DNA of 59,274 bases from Octopus bimaculoides (taxonomy: Eukaryota). A program made the translations under genes and the position numbers. The stretch covers positions 87,878,147 through 87,937,420 of the forward strand of contig NC_068985.1 in the NCBI RefSeq assembly GCF_001194135.2, read 5' to 3'. The notes under the pieces are model-generated. The model ran no database searches and was not told the DNA's origin. It worked only from the letters and a program-made list of their open reading frames with translations. This document shows, piece by piece, positions 1-11,849 of this stretch. Numbering within the stretch: the stretch's first letter is position 1; each line of letters starts with the position of its first letter.

Positions 1-37
<37 letters not shown>

Positions 38-99
38 CATTATTTTGTAAATTTTCTTAATAAGAACCATTTTTTACATAACAGAAACAGCGGAGTTAT

Positions 100-900
100 T
101 GTTTCTGAAGTCAACTCCAAACGCATTCGTTTACTTAGTAGTAATTCTAAGACTAAAATGTCTATTTATCAATGTAAAATTACTACCGGTATTGACATCT
201 TTTTTATATAAGTAGTTCATCATCTCAGTTGTCCAAAAGAATATCTAATCATTACTCCAGATTTAGGCATATCAATAAACGTAACAATACAGGGCTTAGT
301 AAATTAATCTGGTATCTAAATGATCATAATAAACAATTTAATTTGTGATCGAATATTTTCTCTATTTCTGCTCCCTTTGTGATAGCGAAATGTCTTATAT
401 TCTATTCTCAAAAAATCCCCTTGTAAACACGTTTATAGAACGCTTTTATCGTTGATAATATTGGCAGAAACATACCTTTAGTCCTCTTAATGATTTCTGC
501 CATTCTATTTAATTTGACATTTGATTGTCTTCTTACATTTCACTTCCACTAAATATATCTAATTCCACGCTTTTAAGTTTTTTTTCTAATTCCCCCATAG
601 CCCTAAATTTCTCCACTTTTAGTTTTCTACTAATTTCTGTCCTTAACCATCTTCCCTTTCTATAAGCTACCTTTGACTTTACATCTACGTTTATAACGGT
701 TTAACAAAAAAACTTAATAGCGTTCCCTTCATTGATATACGCAGTCATCACATTCTGTTAAAATGCCTTATTAATGTGTTGGGTTCTTTCTTTTCCTGAT
801 GAGAAGATTGCATTGTTATACACTATTTTATTCCTTCTGGAATAATATCAATGTTCTCTTCGAAACATGTCGGAAGTAAAAGAATTTCAATAACACCTTC
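100..900 (-). mobile_element. Possible very old non-LTR retrotransposon RT remnant
   Basis: Minus-strand reading gives KAFYKRV (~435-450; cf. RT 'KAFDxV'), then LLSPVLL (~275-300; cf. 'QG..LSP.LF'), then a GATGAT (cf. 'ADD') in the expected order. Heavily broken by stops and frameshifts. Confidence 0.25.
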
Positions 901-934
901 GCTTAACTTCATTTATTTATTCATCTATATAAAT

Positions 935-1037
935 ATATATCCATATATATACATATATACATACACATATATATATATATATGTGTGTGTGTATGTGTGT
1001 GTGTGTGTGTGTGTGTATTTATATATGCACATCTATA

Positions 1038-1072
<35 letters not shown>

Positions 1073-1082
1073 NNNNNNNNNN

Positions 1083-1130
<48 letters not shown>

Positions 1131-1150
1131 CGACTCACACACACACACAA

Positions 1151-1183
<33 letters not shown>

Positions 1184-1225
1184 AGAATTCATTTATAACA
1201 AGCATACATATATATAGAGACATAT
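935..1225. repeat. Compound (TA)n/(TG)n/(CA)n microsatellite with a 10-N gap
   Basis: Seen directly. Source of the IYIY/CVCV ORFs. Representative of dozens of similar tracts across the window. Confidence 0.97.
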
Positions 1226-1885
1226 ATATATATGTTATACATGTATGCCTAAGTTACTCTGCTTTTTATAAAATGACTGTTGAACCCCAGCTTCGTCTAT
1301 ATGGTCTTTTGAAACAATATATATTAAGTGGGAATTATCTTCTTATACTTTGGTAATTGTTATAAGAAGTTAGTTAGTTAATGAGATAATGAGCATGGAA
1401 GAAAATTTGATTGCGATGGCGTAAAGTAATAACAATGCGGAGAGAATTTCCAATATATTTTATGCACTTAGCCGCCGTGGCGCCAGGTTTTAGGAAGTAA
1501 ACGAAAATATCATTGAAGCAAACAATAGTGAATTTATTACTCCTGAGATTAATAGTATCTTTAGAGAATATTTGCCGTATGTTCTCATTATTCCAAAGCA
1601 GTATAACATGTGAAATTAAGCAATGATCTGTTCCTTGTTAAAATGAGATGAAAGCACTGAATTAAATGTCACTCACATATTTTACATAGAACGAGACATG
1701 TAACAAGGTGACAGGTTGCTGGTACTAAGAACCGTGAATTTGCTGATAGATTCCAGAAAAATACCTCTCATTTCTTAAATTAGTTAAAAGTTAACGTCGC
1801 TATAGAAAATAGAATAACAAAATGACTTCCTTCCGATATTTACCCTAGGTTTATCCCGTAACACCATCAAGCCATGCATAAATAC

Positions 1886-3130
1886 TATTGAGAGGTTTTC
1901 TCTTTACATATTGAAACAATTGAAAACCAACAATTAATTAATCAAAATGTATTCATCCTTGTTGTTTACAGCTTCTTCCCAAAGTTCAACAATATTTTCA
2001 ATACCTCGTTGGTAGAAATCATCCGATTTCGACTAGAAAAATTGATCCAACCAAGCTCTCAATCCTGCATCAGGAATTAACGAATCTCCGCGCATAGCCT
2101 TTGAAAGAGATTGAAAGAGGTGGAAATCTGTTGGTGCCAAATCAGGAGAGTACGGCGAGTGTGGCAGCATTTCCCAGCCATGCGTTTGAATGGCTTTCTT
2201 TGTCGTATTGGTGATATGAGGGTGGGCGTTGTCGTGCAGCAGAACTCCATGCTGCCGATTAGGTCCTTTCTCTTGAATAACGTGTTGAGTTGTTCCATCA
2301 GTGGAACATAGAGTTCTGCGTTGACCATTTGGCTCCGTTCAAGCAATTCGTAATGGATAATCCCTTCCCAGTCCCACTATAGGTACAACATCGTTTTACG
2401 CGGATGAAGATCTTCTTTCACGCGAGGCTTCGCTTGTTTACCGGGGCTAAGCCATTCCTTACACTGCTTCATATTGATGTACAGGCACCATTTTTCGTCG
2501 CCAGTAACGATTCGGTAAAGAAATCGTTGCTTTTGTCTATGAGTTGAGCGGTCACGAGCAAGCAAACTAGCGGAGATTGTGGTTCATTGATTTTTGTTGT
2601 TGTCACTTAAAGTATGCGGAACCCATGCTCCATACTTCTGAACCTTTCCCATCGTGTGAAGATGCTTCTCTATAGCGGTGTGGGAGCATTTCATTTTCTC
2701 TGGCAGTTCCCTAGTCGTTTGACGAGAATTTAATCGCTCTTCATCGAACTCAATTGGACGGCCAAAACGAGGCGCGTCTTTGAGATCAAAATTTCCATTT
2801 TTGAACTTGGCATACCAATCACAAGCGGTTCTTTCAGCTATGCCACCTTCTCCATACACAGCACAAATGTCATGAGCAACTTTTGCGGACTTAGAACCTT
2901 GATTAAAAGCAAAAGAAGGAGGTGTCGAAAATGCTCGTTTTTCTTAACTAGACATTACATTTAAATGATCTGAAAATAAACAAAAAATACCCAAAATTAA
3001 CTAGAAAAAAAAAAAGATCCCAAAATGATTAAAAAATAGAATTCTCGAAAAAAATAGATTCCAAAATCTATAAACGCAATAAATTCCAAAAGAAAAAAAA
3101 AACGGCGGGAACTTAGTTGCCAACCCAATA
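1886..3130 (-). mobile_element. Mariner (DD34D) transposon, near full length, decayed transposase
   Basis: Across frameshifts: EHFRHLLL..AFNQGSK..ICAVYGEG..WYAKFKNGNFDLKDAPRFGRP..WVPHTLS..IVTGDEKW..LHPRKTML..LHDNAHPH..PYSPDLAPTDFHL..VNNKDEY. Mariner-type TIR (rc TATTGGGTTGGCAACTAAGTT) ends in TA at 3129-3130. The opposite TIR is reduced to TATTG at ~1886. Confidence 0.95.
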
Positions 3131-3569
3131 TTAGAATCATAATAGCAAAAGTATTATAAAATATTGTACAAAATAAGATTTTTTCTCTTCCAACATTATA
3201 AGCGGGTTCGTTATCGCTTTTCAAAATTTGAACTTTGGATGAAATTCTGGATTAGACATTTTGTTCGCTAGGGGGAATAATTGGTAACCAAGGTATTTTA
3301 CAGTACAGGGGAGGTAAATCTGTAATTTTTGATACTGGTCTACATTTGATTTTTACAATACTTAGGGGTAAATCTTTAATTTTCAATATGGGTTTCTATT
3401 TAATCTCGGCTTATATTTTCGACAAATGACGAATCTTTATTTGGTCGTACTTGTATTCAAATCCAAATAGCAAATTGATTGTGGTTGCAGTTGTTCTGCA
3501 CATCAGCTAATGTGTTCACCGAGATATATCTGGCTATATTGTAGGGATGAGATCTCTTGTTTATGGAAT

Positions 3570-4380
3570 GTGTATCTTCGTCTGATCGACATTCATGGAA
3601 ACGCACTACCGGCTCTCGTCAGATGGACTATCGGACTCCATTGTTGATGTCCCCAATGTCAATTTTGTCTAGCCCGTTGTAGTCGTGCCTGACCCTGGCG
3701 GGTGGAGGGCACAAGCCCTCGAGCAGTATGACGGCAACACAGGTTGTTGGGGATCAGTCGACGTCGTACCGTGTAGTTGCTGATGAATCGTTGTCCAGTG
3801 CTAATGGTCTTACGAGCTGCCATGCTGGCCGGTTTGAAGTGATCACGGAAGTGTTGCAGGTGGAAGAAGCTGTCCTGCCTCGGCGTGGTCACCCGTGGGC
3901 GCTCTCTGCAGGAACGGTCTGCAGTGTTGTTTGTGTTCTTGTATCGTTGTTGCAAACGATAGATGGTGCTGACATGGACATTGTAAACGTTCGCTACAAC
4001 CAAGGCACAGTGATTTGCTTTCAATCGGCCGATAGCGTGTTCTCTCTGTGCTGCTGACGATCGAGTCGTACCTAATGCGTCCAACTTACAAATGCTAGGA
4101 ACGTTATTGAAGTTGATTATTCTATACATAAACTCCACGAGTTGCACATGCATTTCCGTTTTCAACACAATTGTTTGCGACTGCCACCTACGGCATTCAA
4201 AACAGCTGCGTTTTGGCCTCGTGTTTCACGGAAAGTTGAAAGGTTGCCTGCAATTTCGATGTCAGCCATAAACTAGCATGTCTTCAAATATTTACACTTG
4301 CATTCCCGCAATAGCTTTTAAGAATTTACCACATAAAAGTGACAGTTGTAAAAACCGCATTTCTTTTGCGGTTTAGTGTA
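3570..4380 (-). mobile_element. Tc1-like transposon, 5' half
   Basis: ORF 3659-4168 contains a Tc1 HTH region (QREHAIGRL..NVHVSTIYRLQQRY..RPRVTTPRQD..TVRRRL), then HWGHQQW..SDESR (first catalytic D) at ~3610-3660. TIR-like TACACTAAACCGCAAAAGAAATGCGG ends at TA 4379-4380. Confidence 0.9.
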
Positions 4381-4479
<99 letters not shown>

Positions 4480-4869
4480 ACAGAAGTATATATGTATACT
4501 TATGTTACGTATGTATACGTGCAACGGTTTCGCATGAGATTGAATGACTACCATCTCTTGTTCTTTGTCTTTCCCTTTCTCTATATAGATATGAATATTA
4601 TGTGATTTGTATCTACATGTTTATATATTTATGTATGTGTGTGTTTGCATGTGTGTGCATTAATGTATTGGTATTTAAACATAGTAGACGTGAACCCATT
4701 CGGATGCAAATGTGAAGATAATTATGAACGATTACTAAACAACGATTACATAATCCCATATTTGTCACCCTTGCTATCCTCCTCAGTAACTACATCATTT
4801 TCTATACTATTTTCGGAAGCAGTCAGAAACACATTCAGAAAGCATTTTGTATTTTAGCATATATATTTA

Positions 4870-5466
4870 GAGAGAGAGGCGCAAGGAGATCAAGTACAAC
4901 CAAAATCTGAGTGTCTTTTTGGTAAGCTGAAAGCAGTTTTGGCACAAACTGGGCAGACACGCGTCTCATACGCAAATCTGCAGTGATAACGTATTGAACT
5001 GAACCGTAAGGAATCTGCACATCCTCTGATATCTCGCAGATGGTTATTCGGCGATTTCCTCTCTAAACTACACGCACATCTACGATGTTTTTCTCAATTT
5101 TGCTGGTTGTAGGTCTCGCAGAAGGTTCGTTAATATCGACATTTTTCGGTCATCTTGGAAACGTCTGAACCACTCGTTCACTTGTGTGCGACTTGTACAC
5201 TCCTCTCCATACACTTGCTGCAACTTTGCGATGACCTCTAAGCAGGTATCGCCATGCCAACTTAAACATGATCAATGTGACGCTCACACGCTACACACAT
5301 TTCTTTGGAAGCACTGCTGTAAACAGCGAAAGTAAGCAAGATTCTTAAAACTAAGTGCTCATGCACAGCAAAGTTTAAAGTCAATCTGTGTCTCGCGGCT
5401 TTATTCTGCGTGCTTTAGCTTTGTTACTATGACAACAGTCCAGAAAATTATTTATCAGAACTCGTA
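4870..5466 (-). mobile_element. Mariner transposon, 5' fragment (second lineage)
   Basis: KLQQVYGEE..QVNEWFRRFQD..RPTTS..NRRITICEISEDVQIPYGSVQYVITADLRMRRVSAQFVPKLLS. TIR-like rc TACGAGTTCTGATAAATAATTTTCTGGAC at 5438-5466. Confidence 0.88.
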
Positions 5467-5534
5467 TATACGTGTGTGTGTATGTTTGTATGTGTATGTT
5501 TGTATGTTTGTATGTGTATGTCACTATATCAGTG

Positions 5535-5731
5535 ATTGTCTCCCACCACCGCTTCACAATCGGTGTTGGTGTGTTGTGGTACTCGTAACTCAACGCTTCG
5601 GCAAAGAAGACCGTCAGAATAAATAGCAAGATTGAAAAACAACATTGGAGTCGATCCATTCGACACAAAATTCTGCACGGCGGGGCCCCAGCATAGTTGC
5701 AGGCTGAAGAATAAAGCAAGTGAAAGATATA

Positions 5732-5735
<4 letters not shown>
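5535..5735 (+). mobile_element. SINE family A, 3' half
   Basis: Similar to the 3' body of the copies at 22631-23073 and 25671-26080 (GGTGTTGGTGTG..CGTAACT..TTCGGCAAA..GTCGAT..TTCGAC..CCCAGCAT..AAGCAAGT). Confidence 0.8.
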
Positions 5736-5771
<36 letters not shown>

Positions 5772-5802
5772 CATACACACACACTCACACACACACACAC
5801 AC

Positions 5803-5841
<39 letters not shown>

Positions 5842-6019
5842 CACACACGAACCAATAAAAGTTGTTTTTTTCATATAATCTGAAAGAAATGTTAATCAAA
5901 TTTCCATCAAGGTCTTAATCTTCCCTGTTTTGCTTCTGTAATTTAGCGGGAGATATGAGACAATGTATACCCGGATGAGATGTTTGCAAAAGAAACGCAA
6001 GGAATGGTCGTACTAGAAG

Positions 6020-6340
6020 GGTTTTTGGCAAAAGTTTATGTGACTTTGTTGAGCCAGGCTTTAAATTAACAACTCCAATACCTCACAGCATTAGCGCAAG
6101 GACAATACAATTAAAAAATATATAGAAATTAGTTCGTTTTTGTATCTGATTTGCAAAGAGCTTCGATAAACGAAGACAAACATGAGTTACTGCTAAACTG
6201 AATTAAACACGCATTCGATTAGTTCGTTGGATATTTAACCAAACGACTAATAGTAAATGAGTGGATTTTAACCAATACATGTGTTAATAATAGTGGCATA
6301 ATGACTCTCCCTCGAAAATAGTTCCGAAACATGGAAATAA
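6020..6340 (+). mobile_element. Possible degenerate CR1-type RT remnant
   Basis: TGTATCTGATTTGCAAAGAGCTTCGATAAA (~6142-6170) can be read with indels as (YL)DFAKAFDK. The surrounding sequence is too decayed to confirm. Confidence 0.3.
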
Positions 6341-6759
6341 AATTGTAATTTTGGATCAACATTGTAAAACAAAATTGCCACATGACCGCGGATATTGTTG
6401 TAGCATGTGTCATAAGAAGATTTTCTATAATACTGAAATCAATGAATTCTACTATGAGTTTCATTCAGTATATTACAATGAATGACATGCGGGTATTAAC
6501 TTGGTAGATCTAAAATAAGAAACTCGTTTTATGACTAATCTAACGCAATGCCATGACATTTGCTCCTCTGAACTTGGTAATCTTACTTCTTGGTAAAGTT
6601 GCCTCTGCTCGTTCCACCATCCTCTTCCGTAGCATTCCCATTATATAAGCTCCACAATATACTACAATTAAACGCAAACATATACATACATGCCAACCCA
6701 CATGCACACACATATACACTCACAAAAATACACATATTTATGTGTGTAGTGTATGTATG

Positions 6760-6856
<97 letters not shown>

Positions 6857-6864
6857 ACATCTAC

Positions 6865-7900
6865 ACCACTCATGTCGGGAGTTTCCAGATTCCACGAACG
6901 CGGCAGCATGTCATTCGACTTTTTAAAATCTGTCCAGCAAATGCACAAATTCTTCTTTTGTATAGTTTGCAGTTCTTCATTAAGGCCTTGTCTGTAACAA
7001 GGTGTTCCCTGGCCCCCTTATATCCTTTCCGACATCACTATTGGTCTACTGGAAGTAGAAAACTTTTCACAACGAAAGTATATATATTCTCTTTGTTAGC
7101 ACTTTCCGCAAGTAATTAAGAAGAGTAATGAGCTGTTAAATGCCAACCTGATTGCCGTCTGACCTGATCTTTCATCAAGTATGTTGTCTTTTACTCTACC
7201 GTCTATTTTGGAAATGCACCATTCGTTAAGCTATCGCCTAATTGCAAACCAATCCATTTATGTGCTGACCTGGACCACTTGAGCCATTCACCTTCGATTC
7301 CATCTGGACCTGCCGCTTTCCACGTTCGGATTTCGTTACCTCTGCAGCTACCTCATCCGTTGTTATGGGTAAATGATCCTGCTTTGGATCATTCTTTGGA
7401 TAAATGATTCTGCTTTGGATCATTCTTTGGATAAATGATCCTGCATTTGATCATTCTACCGGAGTATCCTTCAATGCGACTCAGATCTTTACACAAGGTT
7501 TTCGTATCATCTTCGATTCTCTGCTTCCACCATGGTTCCTTGTGTCCACTCCAGTTCATCACTTTCTTTCCAACCAGGTCACCAACACAAATTGAAGCGA
7601 ATCTAATCAAGTCCCTTGTTTCCAAAACATTTCTCTTCGGAATATACTTAAGAATTCCATCAACCTTTTGTGTCACGTCTTCTACACTGTCACGACTAAA
7701 GCATCTTGTCATGAATATTTCTTAGAGTCTTATCATTAAGCCTCTCTTTTGCCCAGTCTCATCCTCTGGGAATTATATACATTGGTCTACATTATACTCA
7801 TTCGTTTCCAATCTTCTACGCAAGACCCTTTCCACTAACACACTTTCACTTTGATCAACCTTTGAATCGAACCTATACCGCAAGTAGATAGTATCGCAAT
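6865..7900 (-). mobile_element. R4/Dong-type (RLE) non-LTR retrotransposon fragment: N-terminal region plus RT start, internally deleted
   Basis: KVDGILKYIP..ETRDLI..KEPWWKQRIEDDTKTLCKDLSRIE; ITTDEV..GKAAGPDGIEGEWLK; CRKGYKGAREHLVTDKALMKNCK; WTDFKKSNDMLPRSW (cf. R4/Dong 'WIDYKKAYDMVPHSW'). Confidence 0.88.
7370..7458. repeat. 31-bp tandem repeat x~2.8, each unit a hairpin
   Basis: TAAATGATCCTGCTTTGGATCATTCTTTGGA at 7370 and 7401 (1 mismatch), partial third unit at 7432. Internal stem AATGATCC/GGATCATT. Confidence 0.95.
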
Positions 7901-8628
7901 ATAATTTATCCGATTGTCAACCGATTTTAGCAGCGAAAGATTCTAAAAAAGACTGTGATAATGATAATGGAAATGATAATACTAATAACCATTTTAATAA
8001 GGACGACTACGATAATAACAAACATGATAATGATAGCACTTAAACTGATTGGCTGCAGACCAACCATACATCCACCACATTCCGAAAAAGAAAAAACTAT
8101 TCTGCCAGCTGTTTAATGCTAAAGGCTGAAGATAAATAGTAGCTTAGTGTGACCGCTTATATTTACTGAAATAAAATATACTCATGTATGTGATTGTTCG
8201 AAACAATATCACAGTTGGCATACAGTGCTTAGGTCAAGCTTAACTATTTAATTGGCTCTTGTTAGATTAAACGTTATTATGACATTTCAGCGAAACTGCT
8301 TCTTTTTTGTTTGTTTGTTAAGATGAAGTGATTGGAGGGGTGAGTTGCAGCGATGGGGGTAACTTGGCAACCACACTTATCTGGAAATAACTTTTCATTA
8401 GAATTATCAGAGTTGTGCATCTGTATACGTCTCTGAATGGAAGTGCAAATGAGGCTGAAAAATGATTGTGTCAGTCTTGCTTAGTTTAGTGTTTATGTGT
8501 ATGTGTGTGTGTGTGTGTGTGTGAGTGTGTATATATATAGNNNNNNNNNNTATACGTCTCTGAATGGAAGTGCAAATGAGGCTGAAAAATGATTGTGTCA
8601 GTCTTGCTTAGTTTAGTGTTTATGTGTA

Positions 8629-8659
<31 letters not shown>

Positions 8660-8823
8660 GTGTGTGCGTGCGTGTGTGTGTGTATGTGTGATTATGTTTG
8701 TTTATTATCCACTTGACTTGGCACGATTTCCAATGTCTATTGGTTTTCATAGTTCAGCAGGAAAATGTGCTTCATTCCAAAAATTGTCTATAATTGTACA
8801 ACATAGGTACATACACACACACT

Positions 8824-8872
<49 letters not shown>

Positions 8873-9019
8873 ATCTAAATTATTAATAAAACTCTTTCGA
8901 TCAGTTAGGTCCAATAATGATGCAAGGTAGCTAATTATGTAACACTGATTCGTTAATTAATGACACTGAACCAAAAACGCACTATCATCATTATTATTAG
9001 TATTAGTATTATCTCGAAT

Positions 9020-9378
9020 TTTCTCCTGGTTGGGTAACCCAACTCACTCAAGGGGCCCCTGTATAAGTGTTGTTTAAGTATGATGAACAAAATGACTACG
9101 TTTCCTGATGTGAATTATTGAGATCTTAAAGAATTCCTTTCAGCAATTGGCTATGATACTCCTCCGCTACTCCTGCTCATGATCAGAGATGCACGATTCG
9201 TGAGCCACTAAGGGATATGCTCAATCAGCTTAAGCAGCAGCAAACAGATCTAAGCTATAATGCAGAATATTTGCTGTAGCCCATCTTTTACATCAAGAAA
9301 AACATGTACGTGATAACATTTCCAAACAGCTGAGATCAGAAGCTATGAGAGCCACTGCCTGAAACTGCAAGACGGCTA
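9020..9378 (+). mobile_element. Unclassified non-coding retro-like repeat, truncated copy 1, (TTA)n tail
   Basis: Clearly similar to 9735-10072 (CTCCTGCTC[A/G]TGATCAGAGATGCAC..AGCCACTAAGGGA..GCAGAATATTTGCTGTAGCCCATCTTT). Orientation inferred from which end is truncated. Confidence 0.75.
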
Positions 9379-9384
9379 TTATTA

Positions 9385-9456
<72 letters not shown>

Positions 9457-9540
9457 GTATTATTATTATTAGTATTATTATTATTGTTGTTGTTGTTGTT
9501 GTTGCTGTTGTTGTCGTTATTATTATTATTATTATTATTA
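9378..9540. repeat. (TTA)n/(TTG)n trinucleotide array
   Basis: Seen directly. Confidence 0.97.
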
Positions 9541-10072
9541 CTGAGTGAGCGAGCAATGCATGCCATTATAGAGACATTGGGGTAAAATATACGAAGCCAT
9601 GTATACCCATCATAACTAACAAACTCATAAGGGTACACCAGGCACATGCTCCACAAAGACATATGGGTGACATGGTGACCTTGTACCAAGACAAACAGCT
9701 CATGACCTTGCAGGTGGGGCCCGCCTGGAATTTTCTTCAGGCCGAGTAGTCCACCTCGCTTAAAAGTTCACTGAACAAGGGTTGTTCAAGGTTGTTGAAC
9801 AAAACACCCATATCATTCACACCCCAAAGAATCCATTTCAACATATGGCTACGATGCTCCTCCACTACTCCTGCTCGTGATCAGAGATGCACAAATCGTT
9901 AGCCACTAAGGGACAGGCTCAACTGGTTAAGGTCAAATAACTGACAAGCAAATCTGTGGTATTAAGCAGAATATTTGCTGTAGCCCATCTTTCATACCAA
10001 GACAAAACACGTACATGATAACACTTCCAATCAGAAGCTATGGGAACCACTGCTTAGTATTCCATCTGCACA
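9541..10072 (+). mobile_element. Unclassified ~530-bp non-coding retro-like repeat, copy 2, flanked by (TTA)n on both sides
   Basis: Shares ~340 bp with copy 1. No ORF and no tRNA-like boxes found. Confidence 0.75.
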
Positions 10073-10081
10073 TTATTATTC

Positions 10082-10295
10082 TTAAGGCGGTAAGCTGGCC
10101 GAATCATTAGCACGCCGGGTGAAATGTTTAGCTGTATTTCGTCTGCCGCTACACTCTGCGATCAAATTAAGCCGAGTTGAGTTTTACTTTTCATCCTTTC
10201 AGTGCCGATAAATTTAATACCAGTTACACACTGACGTCGATGTAATCAATTGTCCCCTTACCCAAATTTCAGACCTTGTGCCTATAGTAGACACG
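10082..10295 (+). mobile_element. SINE family B (tRNA-like head, (ATT)n tail)
   Basis: AAGGCGG..GCTGGCCGAATCATTAGCACGCCGG (A-box-like), TCAAATT..GCCGAG..TTT[G/A]C.TTTCATCCTTTC..GATAAATT.A.TACCAGTT..CTG..GTCGATGTAATC. About ten related copies in the window. Confidence 0.85.
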
Positions 10296-10319
10296 GTTAT
10301 TATTATTATTATTATTATG

Positions 10320-10661
10320 TTTTTTTTCTTCTTCTTTCTTCAAATTTTTCCCATTTCTCGCCGAGTGTTTTCCGTACACCTAGGGCAGAGAAACGTTGTA
10401 TGCATTCCCAATTTACACACGCAAATTCATAGGTAAAACATGTATTTAAGAAAAAAAAAATCATGAATGGATGTTGTTTTCACAGCGATAATGCTCTTCT
10501 TAGTACATGAGTCGTTCCAGTTAGCACGATTTTTTGCACCTCCTGTAGAGATGGTAAGCCTGGTATCATTTTCAAATAGATTTCATTACCTTTTGTTATC
10601 ATTCCTAGAGATCCTACAATCACTGGTATGGTAGTCGCCTTGAGGTGCCACATTTTTTCAA
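10320..10661 (-). mobile_element. R4/Dong-type LINE 3' end (RLE C-terminus, 3' UTR, (TAA)n)
   Basis: EKMWHLKATTIPVIVGSLGMITKG..PSLQEVQKIVLTGTTHVLRRALSL*, a ~160-bp UTR, then (TAA)n at 10296-10318. Confidence 0.9.
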
Positions 10662-11336
10662 NNNNNNNNNNNNNNNNNNNNNNNNNNNNNNNNNNNNNNN
10701 NNNNNNNNNNNNNNNNNNNNNNNNNNNNNNNNNNNNNNNNNNNNNNNNNNNNNNNNNNNNNNNNNNNNNNNNNNNNNNNNNNNNNNNNNNNNNNNNNNNN
10801 NNNNNNNNNNNNNNNNNNNNNNNNNNNNNNNNNNNNNNNNNNNNNNNNNNNNNNNNNNNNNNNNNNNNNNNNNNNNNNNNNNNNNNNNNNNNNNNNNNNN
10901 NNNNNNNNNNNNNNNNNNNNNNNNNNNNNNNNNNNNNNNNNNNNNNNNNNNNNNNNNNNNNNNNNNNNNNNNNNNNNNNNNNNNNNNNNNNNNNNNNNNN
11001 NNNNNNNNNNNNNNNNNNNNNNNNNNNNNNNNNNNNNNNNNNNNNNNNNNNNNNNNNNNNNNNNNNNNNNNNNNNNNNNNNNNNNNNNNNNNNNNNNNNN
11101 NNNNNNNNNNNNNNNNNNNNNNNNNNNNNNNNNNNNNNNNNNNNNNNNNNNNNNNNNNNNNNNNNNNNNNNNNNNNNNNNNNNNNNNNNNNNNNNNNNNN
11201 NNNNNNNNNNNNNNNNNNNNNNNNNNNNNNNNNNNNNNNNNNNNNNNNNNNNNNNNNNNNNNNNNNNNNNNNNNNNNNNNNNNNNNNNNNNNNNNNNNNN
11301 NNNNNGTGAAGTCTTTTCGGTCTTTCATGTTTTTCA

Positions 11337-11338
<2 letters not shown>

Positions 11339-11427
<89 letters not shown>

Positions 11428-11450
11428 GTTATTATTATTATTATTATTAA
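11339..11450. repeat. (TTA)n array
   Basis: Seen directly. A second array lies at ~11775-11830. Confidence 0.97.
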
Positions 11451-11775
11451 TTGTCTTTGCACAGCTTCTAAAGCTGGAGATGTACTACGGTGTCAACTGT
11501 AAAGATACCAGTGAACTAAGGTAACAACTCTTATTTTTCGAGCACCATCCGGATTATTCGAGCAGTTCCGAGCAGTGATGTCTTCTGCAAGTGCTCCAAC
11601 CCTTGTTACAGCCCCCATTTGTTCCACGTACTTCTCAAGATTTTTGCTCACTGTTCCCAGGGCTCCGACAATTATTGGTACCACTACCACCTTCTACATC
11701 GACTACAATTGTTTAACTTCGCAAGCTAACCTGTCATATCTCTCGACTTTTCTTTCTTCCTTATCGCATACCTTG
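11450..11775 (-). mobile_element. 5'-truncated R4/Dong-type LINE 3' end, second subfamily
   Basis: KVCDKEERKVERYDRL..KVVVVPIIVGALGTVSKNLEKY../..LQKTSLLGTARIIRMVLEK* (one frameshift). (TAA)n on both sides. Confidence 0.88.
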
Positions 11776-11781
11776 TTGTTG

Positions 11782-11849
<68 letters not shown>

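Noticed and set aside
1886-3130. Active or domesticated mariner transposase
   Set aside because: All three catalytic Asp are present, but there are multiple frameshifts, an early stop, an internal deletion and one lost TIR.
7370-7458. CRISPR-like palindromic ~31-bp repeats
   Set aside because: No spacers and no cas genes; eukaryotic context; derived from LINE sequence.
8424-8636. ~87-bp exact direct repeat (8424-8510 and 8551-8636)
   Set aside because: The copies flank a 10-N gap and the second starts exactly at the contig edge: an unmerged assembly overlap rather than biology.
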